Below the pieces are notes generated by a model. The model saw only the letters and a list, made by a program, of their open reading frames with translations. It was not told the DNA's origin and made no database searches. DNA of 64,000 nt, taken from NCBI GenBank assembly GCA_013215875.1, contig JABSQK010000021.1:477-64476 (forward strand), read 5' to 3'. Source of the DNA: Lentisphaeria bacterium (GTDB lineage: Bacteria; Verrucomicrobiota; Lentisphaeria; JABSQK01). How positions within the stretch are numbered: position 1 is the stretch's first letter; each line of letters begins with the position of its first letter. Of the stretch, positions 47,079 through 56,761 are shown one piece after another. A program made the translations under genes and the position numbers.

Positions 47079-48550
47079 TGGCAAAGAAGGCAGTTGATAC
47101 CCGCAAGTATATGGAAATGGCCATCGATGCCATGCAGCAGTCCATCCAGGAACCGCGCAATGATAAAACCAGTCCGAAGGTGGGCGCAATTCTCCTCAAA
47201 GCAAATGGCAAATTCGATACAGGTTCGCGTGGCGAATTGCGCGATGGCGACCATGCAGAATTCATTGTGATAGAACGAAAGAATGCCTCTGAAAACCTTG
47301 AAGGCGCACTTTTATTTACCACCCTTGAGCCAAGTGCACCGGGTCAGCGAAAAAATAATCAGCCCGGATCCGCAGAACTTATTGTTAACGCACGCATAAG
47401 CCAGGTCTGGGTCGGCGTTGAAGATCCAGACCCTATGGCAGATCTAAAAGGCATCAATTATTTATTGGATAATGGTGTGGACGTTCACATGTTCGATGCC
47501 GATCTGCAAGCTGAAATCTGGGATGCAAATAAGGCCTTCCAAAGCGAAGCAGAGGAACGGGCCAAACGCGTCCGCGACGACGATCCTGAAAATCTGCTCA
47601 GCATAAAAGAAAAAGCCGAGAAAAAAGCCTCGCTTGATGATTTATCTGAACCCGATGTAAACTGGTTTCTCGATACTGCCGGGCTCGATGCACCCTATGG
47701 TTCTAAAACATTTCTACGGACATTCATGAAGCTCGGTTTACTTGCAGATACGGGGAATGGCATCGCACCTACAGGCATCGGCATTCTCCTCTTTGGGACA
47801 GAACCCCAGCTCATTTATCACAATGCTGTGATACGTGCAACATTGCAGGTCAATGGGCGCGAAGAAATCGAAACCTTTGACGGACCGCTCATTCGCCAGC
47901 CGGAAAAGCTCATTTCCTGGTTTGAGCAGCATATTGGCCACCAGATCAACCGGGAACAGGCTCAACGTGAGCGTAAATACGACTTTCCTTTGCTTGTATT
48001 CCGTGAAGCCCTCATAAATGCCATTGTACACCGCGATTACGATATAGAGGGCGCACCTATCTATTTTACCATTACAGACGATGAGATCACCATAAAAAGC
48101 CCTGGAGAGCCCGTTCCTCCCCTCACCCTCGATGATATAAGAACACTTAATGCACCCTCATTGAGCCGAAATCCTAAAATTATGTACATTTTCGACCAAC
48201 TCCGCCTCGTTGAGCAACGCGGGCTCGGATTTCAGACAATTAAGGAACTTCCAGAAAAATACGACCTCCCCCTGCCTCAAATCACCTATGAAGCCCCCTA
48301 TATTTGCCTCAAGTTCCCACGCTCAATAGATGCAATTACCGGGCCAGAAGGCACAGATTTGAACGCGGAAGAGCTAAAAGGCCTCGATTGGATACGCCTC
48401 AATGGACCCGTGTCCAAAAAAGCCTATGCCGAGCAATTCGGTTTCAACGAAAAAAAGGCCCAAAGACAGCTCGTCAGCCTCAAAGAAGCCGGGGTAATCA
48501 CCCAAAGAGGTGGCGGAAGATCCATCAAATACCACTATTCCGGACACTAA
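47078..48550 (+). CDS. fusion of a RibD/CDA-like deaminase-fold domain (Zn-binding Cys residues replaced) with an HATPase_c_4 / wHTH putative DNA-binding module
   Basis: The N-domain keeps DHAEF, but TLEPS…GS replaces the TLEPC…PC motif. The C-half has FREALINAIVHRDY…SRNPKIMYIFDQLRLVEQRGLGF, typical of Schlafen-AlbA_2-associated HATPase_c_4 regulators, plus a terminal wHTH-like segment. Start set at ATG 47078. Confidence 0.6.
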   Translation: MAKKAVDTRKYMEMAIDAMQQSIQEPRNDKTSPKVGAILLKANGKFDTGSRGELRDGDHAEFIVIERKNASENLEGALLFTTLEPSAPGQRKNNQPGSAELIVNARISQVWVGVEDPDPMADLKGINYLLDNGVDVHMFDADLQAEIWDANKAFQSEAEERAKRVRDDDPENLLSIKEKAEKKASLDDLSEPDVNWFLDTAGLDAPYGSKTFLRTFMKLGLLADTGNGIAPTGIGILLFGTEPQLIYHNAVIRATLQVNGREEIETFDGPLIRQPEKLISWFEQHIGHQINREQAQRERKYDFPLLVFREALINAIVHRDYDIEGAPIYFTITDDEITIKSPGEPVPPLTLDDIRTLNAPSLSRNPKIMYIFDQLRLVEQRGLGFQTIKELPEKYDLPLPQITYEAPYICLKFPRSIDAITGPEGTDLNAEELKGLDWIRLNGPVSKKAYAEQFGFNEKKAQRQLVSLKEAGVITQRGGGRSIKYHYSGH

Positions 48551-48635
48551 ACTGGACAGAATGTCCAGTTTAGCACTATTCCTGCACATTTCAGCATTTA
48601 TTCTGGACATTAATATGGACAAACGTGTCCAGAAT
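48549..48635. promoter_or_regulatory. cluster of three TGGACA/TGTCCA palindromes
   Basis: AAACTGGACA-GAA-TGTCCAGTTT (48549-48571). ATTCTGGACA (48600-48609) paired with TGTCCAGAAT (48626-48635). Nested TGGACA-AACG-TGTCCA (48616-48631). The first could also act as a terminator hairpin. Confidence 0.5.
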
Positions 48636-48746
48636 AGCCTCAATAATTCATTATTAGGGATAAACTAAAGGTAGGGTCTCGTGACCGCTCGCAAATCGTT
48701 TGCTCTCTGATGGTGGACTGATCAGCGCTCAGTATTCTATACTATA

Positions 48747-48770
48747 AAATACATTAAATATTATGTATTT
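48747..48770. promoter_or_regulatory. 8-N8-8 inverted repeat, candidate HipB operator
   Basis: AAATACAT-TAAATATT-ATGTATTT, about 40 nt upstream of the hipB ATG in an AT-rich region that looks like a promoter. Confidence 0.4.
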
Positions 48771-48810
48771 TATTGATAAATTGCATATTTTACCTATTAT
48801 TATATGTATT

Positions 48811-49041
48811 ATGGCTAACTATTTATCAGAATTGTCTTTAGCATTGCGAAAAGCACGGAAACAAACAGGGGACACCCAGGCAATGGCCGCTGCCCGTGTG
48901 GGTGTGTCACGTGAATCGTATCGTAAGCTGGAAGCCGGTGAACCTGGTGTAGCAGTTAGCAGCTGGATTCGGGTGATAGAGCTTTATGGTCGACCAGAGA
49001 ATTTGCAATTCCTTTTTTCAAAATCCTTATTTGACGATTAA
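48811..49041 (+). CDS. hipB: XRE-family HTH antitoxin (HipB-like)
   Basis: 76 aa from ATG 48811 (MANYLSELSLALRKARKQTGDTQAMAAARVGVSRESYRKLEAGE). The stop lies 2 nt before hipA. Confidence 0.75.
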   Translation: MANYLSELSLALRKARKQTGDTQAMAAARVGVSRESYRKLEAGEPGVAVSSWIRVIELYGRPENLQFLFSKSLFDD

Positions 49042-49043
49042 TT

Positions 49044-50261
49044 ATGGCTACAATCTATGTATGGTTTCGTGATGCGAATGGCTCTGTTATGCGAGCAGGC
49101 GAGCTCCGCTTTGCAGAAGAGGCAGGACCCAAAGGAACACGTTTAGTTTCTGAATTCCGCTATGATGAAGCCTATCTGGAAAACAATTTTGCGATTGCGT
49201 TAAATCCTGCAAGCATGCCATTGGAAACTAAACCATTTTCAAGTTCTACAGAAAGTGGACTACATGGCGTTTTTGAAGATTCGCTTCCAGATGCCTGGGG
49301 CCGTCGCCTACTGTGCAAAAAATTAAAGCTGCCCTTAAGTCTAGATATATGGCCACAGTTATTATTGCATCTAAATACGAATTGCCTTGGCGCCTTAGCG
49401 TATACAGAAAATAAACGATGGCGTAAGACAGCAGAAAGGCGATCCATTTTAGAATTGGATGATTTAGTCAATGCAGCGCAGAGTTTTGAGAACGACCCAA
49501 ATGGTATTAAAGAAAGCTTTGCAGCTCTCTTACAAGCAGGTTCATCACCGGGAGGTGCGCGTCCTAAAGCAATCATTATAGATGAAGCAGGGATTGAATG
49601 GATTGCAAAATTTCCGTCAATACATGATCAATATGATATTTGCGGACTTGAAGCAACTGCTATGCAACTGTGTAAAGACTGTGATATTAATACTGCAGAA
49701 TTTAAGATTATTGATTTAGCTGCTGATAAGCGTGTCTTTCTAAGTAAACGTTTTGATATCAGTGATGGTGGACGTTATCATGTGATTAGTGCTCAGACTT
49801 TGATGAATTTAAGCGGCTATTATAATAGTACCTATCTTGAGCTCTTACGTCATATTCAACAATACAGCAATGACCCGGAAAAAACTGTATTGCAATTCCT
49901 AAAGCAAAGTTGCTTTAATTTTTTAATTGGCAACACGGATGATCATTTAAAGAATTATTCATTCTATCATGGGCCCTCTGGCTGGGATCTGACACCGGCA
50001 TATGATATTTTACCAAATGTACTAAACAATCAGGAACATGCTTTGCAGCTTAGTTATCTATATGACAGACCAGGTAAAAAAGCAATCTTGAGTCTGTTTA
50101 AAGAATCGGGGATTTCTCAAAGGAAAGCCAGTAAAATAATAACAGAGATTGTCAGTCAACTTAGACGCTTCAAGGACCTTGCCAAAGCTTATGATGTTCC
50201 TGAAAATCAAATCTTACATTTTGATAAACAGATTCAAAGACGCTTGAATTCATGGCAGTAA
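49044..50261 (+). CDS. hipA: HipA-family serine/threonine kinase toxin
   Basis: 405 aa with HipA N-domain features (FEDSLPDAWGRRLL), GSSPGGARPKA and catalytic GNTDDHLKNYSF. Confidence 0.85.
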   Translation: MATIYVWFRDANGSVMRAGELRFAEEAGPKGTRLVSEFRYDEAYLENNFAIALNPASMPLETKPFSSSTESGLHGVFEDSLPDAWGRRLLCKKLKLPLSLDIWPQLLLHLNTNCLGALAYTENKRWRKTAERRSILELDDLVNAAQSFENDPNGIKESFAALLQAGSSPGGARPKAIIIDEAGIEWIAKFPSIHDQYDICGLEATAMQLCKDCDINTAEFKIIDLAADKRVFLSKRFDISDGGRYHVISAQTLMNLSGYYNSTYLELLRHIQQYSNDPEKTVLQFLKQSCFNFLIGNTDDHLKNYSFYHGPSGWDLTPAYDILPNVLNNQEHALQLSYLYDRPGKKAILSLFKESGISQRKASKIITEIVSQLRRFKDLAKAYDVPENQILHFDKQIQRRLNSWQ

Positions 50262-50348
50262 AATATAGCTAACGGGCTCATCCCTGAATCGATTCTGAGC
50301 TCAACATGTGAGTCGCACCGATGACTTCTCAGAACCTCTCAATGCGAC

Positions 50349-50720
50349 TTATTTCTTCCTGCGCAGCACATCTAGGATGTTGACATAAACCAGAAAGACA
50401 CCGAGAATGCCGACAAGTCCTGACACAATCCATTTACCACTAAGCTTATAGGCGATGATAATGATCCCGGGTAAGCGGATAGATCCGATACCACCACTTT
50501 CCAGCAAGTAGAACAGATAATATAGGCCAGCGCCGAGGCCGATCAGGAAGAGACCAGCAAATATACCCGCTATTGGATTTTCGCCTTGGGTACTTTTCGG
50601 CATTGATTGGTCGGTCGATGGCTTGCATTTCATGCATTGACCTTCATTTCGGTCGGCCGTTGCGATGAGAATGCCAGCGCCGCAACTCGTACAGGGGACT
50701 CGCTTAGCGTCGTCACTCAT
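50349..50720 (-). CDS. zinc-ribbon membrane protein, hypothetical
   Basis: 123 aa with CTSCG…CMKC followed by two or three TM helices. The start overlaps the upstream small ORF in ATGAGTGA. Confidence 0.55.
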   Translation of the reverse strand: MSDDAKRVPCTSCGAGILIATADRNEGQCMKCKPSTDQSMPKSTQGENPIAGIFAGLFLIGLGAGLYYLFYLLESGGIGSIRLPGIIIIAYKLSGKWIVSGLVGILGVFLVYVNILDVLRRKK

Positions 50721-50958
50721 GTGCCATCTCCTGCCTTCTATTTATGTCATTTTGATTTAGATCAAGTCTACTTTTGTCTTCATTTAGGCAAGACTTATAA
50801 GTTGAAATTGGATCGTGCTCATAATTTGCGAGAGTATTAATATTATCATTTCCTAAGTTATTTGCTTCGTTATCCAGGTAACGTTTGCCAGTGCTGTAGT
50901 CTGTTGTCTTTGCTGGACTACCACCGTTAATTGCCAATAATGGATCGTCTTTGCTCAT
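50713..50958 (-). CDS. hypothetical 81-aa Asn/Asp-rich protein
   Basis: ATG at 50958 overlaps the propeller gene stop (ATGA), and its own stop overlaps the next start. Coupling on both sides argues that it is translated. The ORF-track start at 50991 lies inside the upstream gene. Confidence 0.4.
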   Translation of the reverse strand: MSKDDPLLAINGGSPAKTTDYSTGKRYLDNEANNLGNDNINTLANYEHDPISTYKSCLNEDKSRLDLNQNDINRRQEMAHE

Positions 50959-51899
50959 TGTCCAAAATCCGTCGGTAGACTTAAGCACCATACTTCATTC
51001 GACAGCGGTAGAGCATGGCCGGCCCCAAGGAATAATTTATTATCAAATACCCAGGTGCTTACTTCATGACGTTCGGAAAAAATCGTCTCACTTTTTAGTT
51101 CCTGCCAGTGAATGCCGTCTTTCGAAAACCAGACATCGTTACGAACATTTGCGCTGCGTCCATTTAATACTTCATCGCCAGCAAGTACCCATATATGATC
51201 GCGGTAAACTTCGACACCATGCCAGATGCGCGGTGAGAATGCTGCACTGTCCTGGATGCAGGCCCAATTTACGCCATCCTCAGATCGCCATACATCATTG
51301 TTGATGTTGCCTTCCCAGGCACCTCCCCCAATAAGATATAATGCATTATTAAATTCCACAGCTTTATGATAAGCGCGGGCCGACCACGGTGCTGATTCGC
51401 TTTCACAGCTCCAATTGATACCATCCGGACTGGACCAGATATCATTCATTAAAGTTTCATCTGTGTATTCATAAAAGCTTGCAGTACCACCAAAGAGCCA
51501 AAGCTTACCGTTGAATTCGATTGCTGCCCCACCGAGGCGCGGGCGCCATCCCGCATCATGCGTCAAGCAGTTCCAGTTCGCACCATCGGTTGTGGCATAG
51601 ACTTCGTTGCTGCATTCAGTTCCGGGCAAACTGCGTCCACCCATGTGAATCATTTGATTTTGAAAAACACAAAAAGCCGGTAAGTCACTCTTTTCCCAGG
51701 GCGCTTCCTGGCAGACCTTTTCCCAGTCTTTACCGTTTGGGGATTTCCACACATCACGGGGATTTGGTTCTAGTCGGTCAAACCAGCCACCCATGATCCA
51801 CATATGATTATCAAATACATATTCAGCGCAGGAATCACGTGGTTCCCAGTTTGCTGCTTCTGTTTCAAGTTTCCAATTGGGTCCAATAATTTGTGGCAT
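50955..51899 (-). CDS. beta-propeller protein with Asp-box-like (S/T-x-D-G-x-x-W) repeats
   Basis: 314 aa with five spaced repeats: DVWKSPNGKDW, EVYATTDGANW, DIWSSPDGINW, DVWRSEDGVNW, DVWFSKDGIHW. I see no obvious signal peptide. Confidence 0.6.
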   Translation of the reverse strand: MPQIIGPNWKLETEAANWEPRDSCAEYVFDNHMWIMGGWFDRLEPNPRDVWKSPNGKDWEKVCQEAPWEKSDLPAFCVFQNQMIHMGGRSLPGTECSNEVYATTDGANWNCLTHDAGWRPRLGGAAIEFNGKLWLFGGTASFYEYTDETLMNDIWSSPDGINWSCESESAPWSARAYHKAVEFNNALYLIGGGAWEGNINNDVWRSEDGVNWACIQDSAAFSPRIWHGVEVYRDHIWVLAGDEVLNGRSANVRNDVWFSKDGIHWQELKSETIFSERHEVSTWVFDNKLFLGAGHALPLSNEVWCLSLPTDFGQ

Positions 51900-52268
51900 T
51901 CTAATTTCCTAATTTTAGGATGATTTTATTCGGCAATCCAGAATTGCAGGATTTTTTGGGCATTCCTTCCTGTAATTTCGACTAAAGTTTAACCCGCTTT
52001 TGTATGACTATATCACAATCTCACCCATGATCCACCCCTATAAGTTGCTCCGCTCCACGGTGCTGATGCTGGAAAGCTCACTATTCTTTTTGGTGGTTTA
52101 AGGCATGCTAAATCCTCTATTGGCTGTGGCCCTTTTCTTGACTATTAAATCCTTCTGCTAGTTAATACTCTATGCTTGCCGCAATTGTGCTGACTCAGCC
52201 ATAGCACTTGCATATTTTCGATTATTTGCTAGCTTATCATTTCAAAAATCAAACAGTGGGAAGAACAT

Positions 52269-55229
52269 ATGAGCGCAGAAGAACAGATCCAAGAAGACGA
52301 ACAGACCCCAGAGGATATCCAGGCCCAACTCCTAAATCAATTTCCAAACATGAAACCCATTGGCATGTCGCCCTTAATGTTTACACTGAATGGTTGCGGT
52401 TTATCTGTGGTCTTTTCATACGACCATCAGCAGGGAACTTATGTTAAGCTTTATTGCTTAACATTCATTTTTATTCCTCTGTTTTGCTTTGCTTCTTACC
52501 GTGTGGCTGATGACGAAGATTCCGGTATGTTAAGTAGAAGCTGGTATTTTCTTGGCAAAGAGAAAGTGCCTATCATGATTAAATTTCTTAATGCCGGCAT
52601 CATTTTCTGTCTTCTGTGGTTTTTCATGGGCATTGCTTTTGTGGGCTTCAAAAACGGTGACTGGAATGTCAAACGTAAGGATTTTTCCAGGGCTGCTGAA
52701 CGCTTGGAAAAGAAAGAATATCTGGCGGCTGTAAATATTTATCATAAGTATCTAAATGGAAGTCATAAAGACGATGCGACCGAAAAGCTCAGGGAAATCT
52801 ACTCGACGCATGTGACCGTAGAAAATGCTGAGAGTTATGATCTCTTGAAGTTGGCAAATCGCTCGCCTCTCTTAAAAAAGATATTGCCTGATTTATATCC
52901 CACATGCAAAAAACTTCTTAATGATTGCTTAAGCTCGAATCCGAAAAATGGCCTGAATATATATAAACTATGTTATCAACTTAAGCCAACTGACAAGGAC
53001 CTTCCCGCTCTAAAAAATAAATTAACTAAAGCCTGGTATGATAAAGACCCGAAAAATATGGATGCTTGTATTGCCTATGCAGGGCTCCTGGAAAAACAAC
53101 AGAAATATAAAAAATGTGTTGCCATTCTTTTGCCACATAAAAAAGCTTTAAAAAATACCGATGGCACACGGGTACTTGGCCTGGCACTCATTTCTTTAAA
53201 CCGTAAACAGGAAGCGCATGATATCTTAAAACCTTATGTATTCGGTCGTATGAAAAACTACAGCAAAAAAGAAAAAGAGTATGGTGACTATTATAGCAAA
53301 CTGGCAGACAAGTACTGGAATAATTTAACCAAGAAACAACAACCTAGAAGTGTATACAATCAAATGGTCAAAGAGACTGATGATAATCTTAGACAGCAAA
53401 TATGGTTGAAATATTTTCAAGGTGTACAAAAATCAGACCCGGGTCTAAGCCGTTTGACTCAGGAAATAATCGACCTGGAAAATACCATCCCTGTGGGATT
53501 TGAACTTGGCATACTGCAAATCGATCTTGCCCATGCTCAAGAGAATAAAGCCAAGGAGAAAAAAGGTCTTCAGGAAGCGGAAAAAACCTTATTAATGGTC
53601 TCGGGTGCTTCTAAGGGAAACAGCCAATATAAATTATATCTTGGCAAGGTTTATTTTTGGTTGGGGAAATACAAAGCAGGCGAAAAGCTCTTCGCAGAAC
53701 TTTTGAAAAAGACAAACCGCCACTTTATGGTATTAACTGAGCTGGCAACAATCTACAGGCGCCTGGGCGAAATAGGCAAAGCCAAAAAGATGATCCATGA
53801 AGCCTATAACAAAGCCTCAAAAAAAGATGAAAAGCAGTATGCTGCACGTATTTCAGCGGTGATTGCAAGTGATCTCGATGAGATGATCAAATGGACAAAA
53901 CGCACGGATCTAACGAGCGACTATAACAAGGCATCTCTATTCAATTTGCAGGGCCAGAAAAGCCTGGTTGATAACAAGGAAAAAGCCGCGCTCACATTTT
54001 TTACCAAAGCAATCGATACCTACAATAAGCTTCCGGAATCGTCAACAACTCTCAACAACTCCGCCTTAAGTTATCGCAACCGTTTTAACCTGACAAACGA
54101 TATGGCTGATTTTCAAAAAATGGTCCAGATGTTGATAAAAGCATATAAGCTGTCTCCGCGCAACAGTATTCAAATTAGTAATACCCAGGATGCATTAATT
54201 AGCAGTGCAGTCATTGATTATCTGTCATCAAAGATTGATCTAAAAGCAACTAAAGCGGATTATTCCACGGAAACATTGTCTCACTTTTATTCAAATGAAA
54301 AAGAATACCAGAGCGTGCATAAGCACATATTAAATCACGATATGTATAAAGAGGCCGTTGATTTAATGTATAAGTCGCTGCTTATAGCACCCAAACGAAA
54401 AGCCACTTATACAGCATTGGTCGATCATGCTGAAATCACGCGAGATATCAAGATATACAAGAAAATTTATGATCGCATAAAACCTGTAAAGTTCGACAGC
54501 AGTGAACAAGAGAAAGCCCTGGCAGAATTCTACAGTGGAAAGAAATTCCCGGAATACCTCAAAACGATTAAAGAGACGATCAAGGATAATCAAAAACGAT
54601 TAATAAAAGTTGATAAAAAAGACAAACTTTCTATGGCGTACTTACTTTCTCAATATGTAACTAATTGTATGACTCGTGCGGTGTACAAAGATTTTCCTGA
54701 TGCCAAGGAGTTAAAGCCATATGCGGAAAAAGCTTATAAACTTGCTCCATCATCTGCCACTTTTCGTAATCTCCTTAGGGTAAATGTGTATCAACTATCT
54801 CAGCTTATGGCAGCAAAAGAGTCCTCATTTAACAAGTCCTATAAACGTTTGCGCTCGGCGATGAATGATCTGCCTATTCTTCTTTACTATATGAATAAAT
54901 ATGAAAGCTTCAGGAAAAAGGTTTTGAAAGAAGAGCTCTTCAAAACAATTATATCGATGCACCGCGAGCGCGTAAAGAATTTTCCTACAGCGATGATTGC
55001 CGATGACTGGGTGCTGGCAAATACATATGATACAAAGCTCGCAGCTAAAATAAAAACCTTTATCAAGACAGATGAAATTGAACTGATTGATCGAAAAATT
55101 CAACTCCGCCTGGAAAGCCATACTGCTAGTTCCCAAATGACTGAATACTTTTATCAGCGCATGAATGGCAATGCTAATGCCAAAAAGGTTTTATCCAACG
55201 CCAAGAAAAAAGGCCTGCCAATGCCTTAA
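52269..55229 (+). CDS. large membrane-anchored TPR/helical-repeat protein, hypothetical
   Basis: 986 aa with an acidic N-terminus, 2-3 TM helices (aa about 60-130) and then a long all-helical Lys-rich region with TPR-like periodicity. Confidence 0.55.
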   Translation: MSAEEQIQEDEQTPEDIQAQLLNQFPNMKPIGMSPLMFTLNGCGLSVVFSYDHQQGTYVKLYCLTFIFIPLFCFASYRVADDEDSGMLSRSWYFLGKEKVPIMIKFLNAGIIFCLLWFFMGIAFVGFKNGDWNVKRKDFSRAAERLEKKEYLAAVNIYHKYLNGSHKDDATEKLREIYSTHVTVENAESYDLLKLANRSPLLKKILPDLYPTCKKLLNDCLSSNPKNGLNIYKLCYQLKPTDKDLPALKNKLTKAWYDKDPKNMDACIAYAGLLEKQQKYKKCVAILLPHKKALKNTDGTRVLGLALISLNRKQEAHDILKPYVFGRMKNYSKKEKEYGDYYSKLADKYWNNLTKKQQPRSVYNQMVKETDDNLRQQIWLKYFQGVQKSDPGLSRLTQEIIDLENTIPVGFELGILQIDLAHAQENKAKEKKGLQEAEKTLLMVSGASKGNSQYKLYLGKVYFWLGKYKAGEKLFAELLKKTNRHFMVLTELATIYRRLGEIGKAKKMIHEAYNKASKKDEKQYAARISAVIASDLDEMIKWTKRTDLTSDYNKASLFNLQGQKSLVDNKEKAALTFFTKAIDTYNKLPESSTTLNNSALSYRNRFNLTNDMADFQKMVQMLIKAYKLSPRNSIQISNTQDALISSAVIDYLSSKIDLKATKADYSTETLSHFYSNEKEYQSVHKHILNHDMYKEAVDLMYKSLLIAPKRKATYTALVDHAEITRDIKIYKKIYDRIKPVKFDSSEQEKALAEFYSGKKFPEYLKTIKETIKDNQKRLIKVDKKDKLSMAYLLSQYVTNCMTRAVYKDFPDAKELKPYAEKAYKLAPSSATFRNLLRVNVYQLSQLMAAKESSFNKSYKRLRSAMNDLPILLYYMNKYESFRKKVLKEELFKTIISMHRERVKNFPTAMIADDWVLANTYDTKLAAKIKTFIKTDEIELIDRKIQLRLESHTASSQMTEYFYQRMNGNANAKKVLSNAKKKGLPMP

Positions 55230-56761
55230 AGGCTGCTTTTTTTACGAGACAGTTTTTCCGTTTCAGACGGGTCAAGTTGCAGGTTAAGTTTGTGCAGCTC
55301 ATCGTAGCTCATCGCATTGTTTGCAAGCTTTTCATGCCAGTCATCGCCACCATGACGTGACAGTGTCGTATAGAACTGATGTGTCGTATCTGCATCCTGG
55401 TAAACATCCGCTCGAACGCTTGAATCCCCCAGCTCCAGGTTTTCCGCACAAACATTGTAGAGTAAGGCATTTTTTCCTGCAGTTAATCCATGGATTCTTG
55501 AGTTAATGATCAGGGCATTTTCGCAGCTCACATCATGCAGTACTGAATTAATTACAATCGAGTTTTTTATCGTCGAATTTTTAATTTTTGACGATAAACA
55601 AATGCTGTTTGTGATACGTATATCATCAATATCCATAGTCGTTAAGTTCTCGATTCCAAAGAAATCGCGCATCGCCTTGGCTTCTGCATCGTCATCTAAA
55701 AGTTTCAGATTAAATTCATGATATTTTGGAAGTAGTCCGTAGTCCCACCAGTAGGCCGTTTCGCCAATATCAATACCACTAAAACAACCCAGTGATGCAT
55801 CGAGACGTGCCTTTAAATTTTGCATGCGTTGATAATGAACATCGACAAATGTTTCATCGCTATTTTTGCTTTTCATGATCTGCCGATAGGTCTCCAGGTC
55901 AAGTGTCATGGGCATCCAGAAGTGAGGGTCAGTATCCAGCTTACCGGATTTCTTTTCCAGTTCCTCAGCAAATTCATTTAACAATTCCCTCAGCAAATTT
56001 TCTGAAATGCTGAATGAACCAATACTGGCCCCGATGCCGCCTTCGACGGCAATTTTGTTTTCAGTAATTAAATCACTGGCTTGCTGGTGGCTGATTTTTT
56101 CCACCTGGCTGGATTCGCCTGTAGGGGAAATGGCAATGAGCCCATATTTATCGAGCCCTTTTTCATCCCAGCCAATTGCATCGGGCATGGTCATTTTTTT
56201 GCAGAGGATATCCGCATGAAAGCGTGCATCGTAATCAACAGATACAGATGGAATAAAAATTTGGTCGCCCCAAAATACCGAAAGCCGCCCTTTGCGGCTT
56301 GGGGCATAAATTGCAGTTTGTTTAATGACTGCTTCGAGAATCGTCAGTTCTTTTTCCTCGCCACCGATTTGTATCAGGGATGGCAGTTTAACAGCGGGTT
56401 TATTATTGCATTCGCTGCCCGGCAATGGGGCCAGTCGGGTTCCTTTTCCCGCAGTATGATACAAGGCGACGGATGCTCCATCGGCTTGCATTTTAAGCAC
56501 ATCTATTGAATATAAACCCTGTGCTTTTTCGGCTGCTTTTTTTATGGCGTATAAGGTCCCAAGCCCATTGCCTGCGCCACCAGGCCAATCTTCAAATACC
56601 ACAAGGACTAGAGCACCTTCTTTGCAAATGCCATTACCGGCTTCCAGACGCTGCTGCCAATAGGCTGCCTGTAATTCGGAATTGGTCGATACAATAATTA
56701 CATCCATACCGATCTGCAGATCGGCGATCTTTTCTAAATTTTCTTTACTATGATTCGTCAT
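55226..56761 (-). CDS. sugar-1-phosphate nucleotidyltransferase-like protein (fucokinase/GDP-fucose pyrophosphorylase-type N-domain + left-handed beta-helix)
   Basis: 511 aa. DVIIVSTNSELQAAYWQQRL, GGAGNGLGTL and HTAGKGTRLAP resemble FPGT/fucokinase N-domains. Hexapeptide-like NSxI repeats lie near aa 390-450. Confidence 0.45.
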   Translation of the reverse strand: MTNHSKENLEKIADLQIGMDVIIVSTNSELQAAYWQQRLEAGNGICKEGALVLVVFEDWPGGAGNGLGTLYAIKKAAEKAQGLYSIDVLKMQADGASVALYHTAGKGTRLAPLPGSECNNKPAVKLPSLIQIGGEEKELTILEAVIKQTAIYAPSRKGRLSVFWGDQIFIPSVSVDYDARFHADILCKKMTMPDAIGWDEKGLDKYGLIAISPTGESSQVEKISHQQASDLITENKIAVEGGIGASIGSFSISENLLRELLNEFAEELEKKSGKLDTDPHFWMPMTLDLETYRQIMKSKNSDETFVDVHYQRMQNLKARLDASLGCFSGIDIGETAYWWDYGLLPKYHEFNLKLLDDDAEAKAMRDFFGIENLTTMDIDDIRITNSICLSSKIKNSTIKNSIVINSVLHDVSCENALIINSRIHGLTAGKNALLYNVCAENLELGDSSVRADVYQDADTTHQFYTTLSRHGGDDWHEKLANNAMSYDELHKLNLQLDPSETEKLSRKKSSL

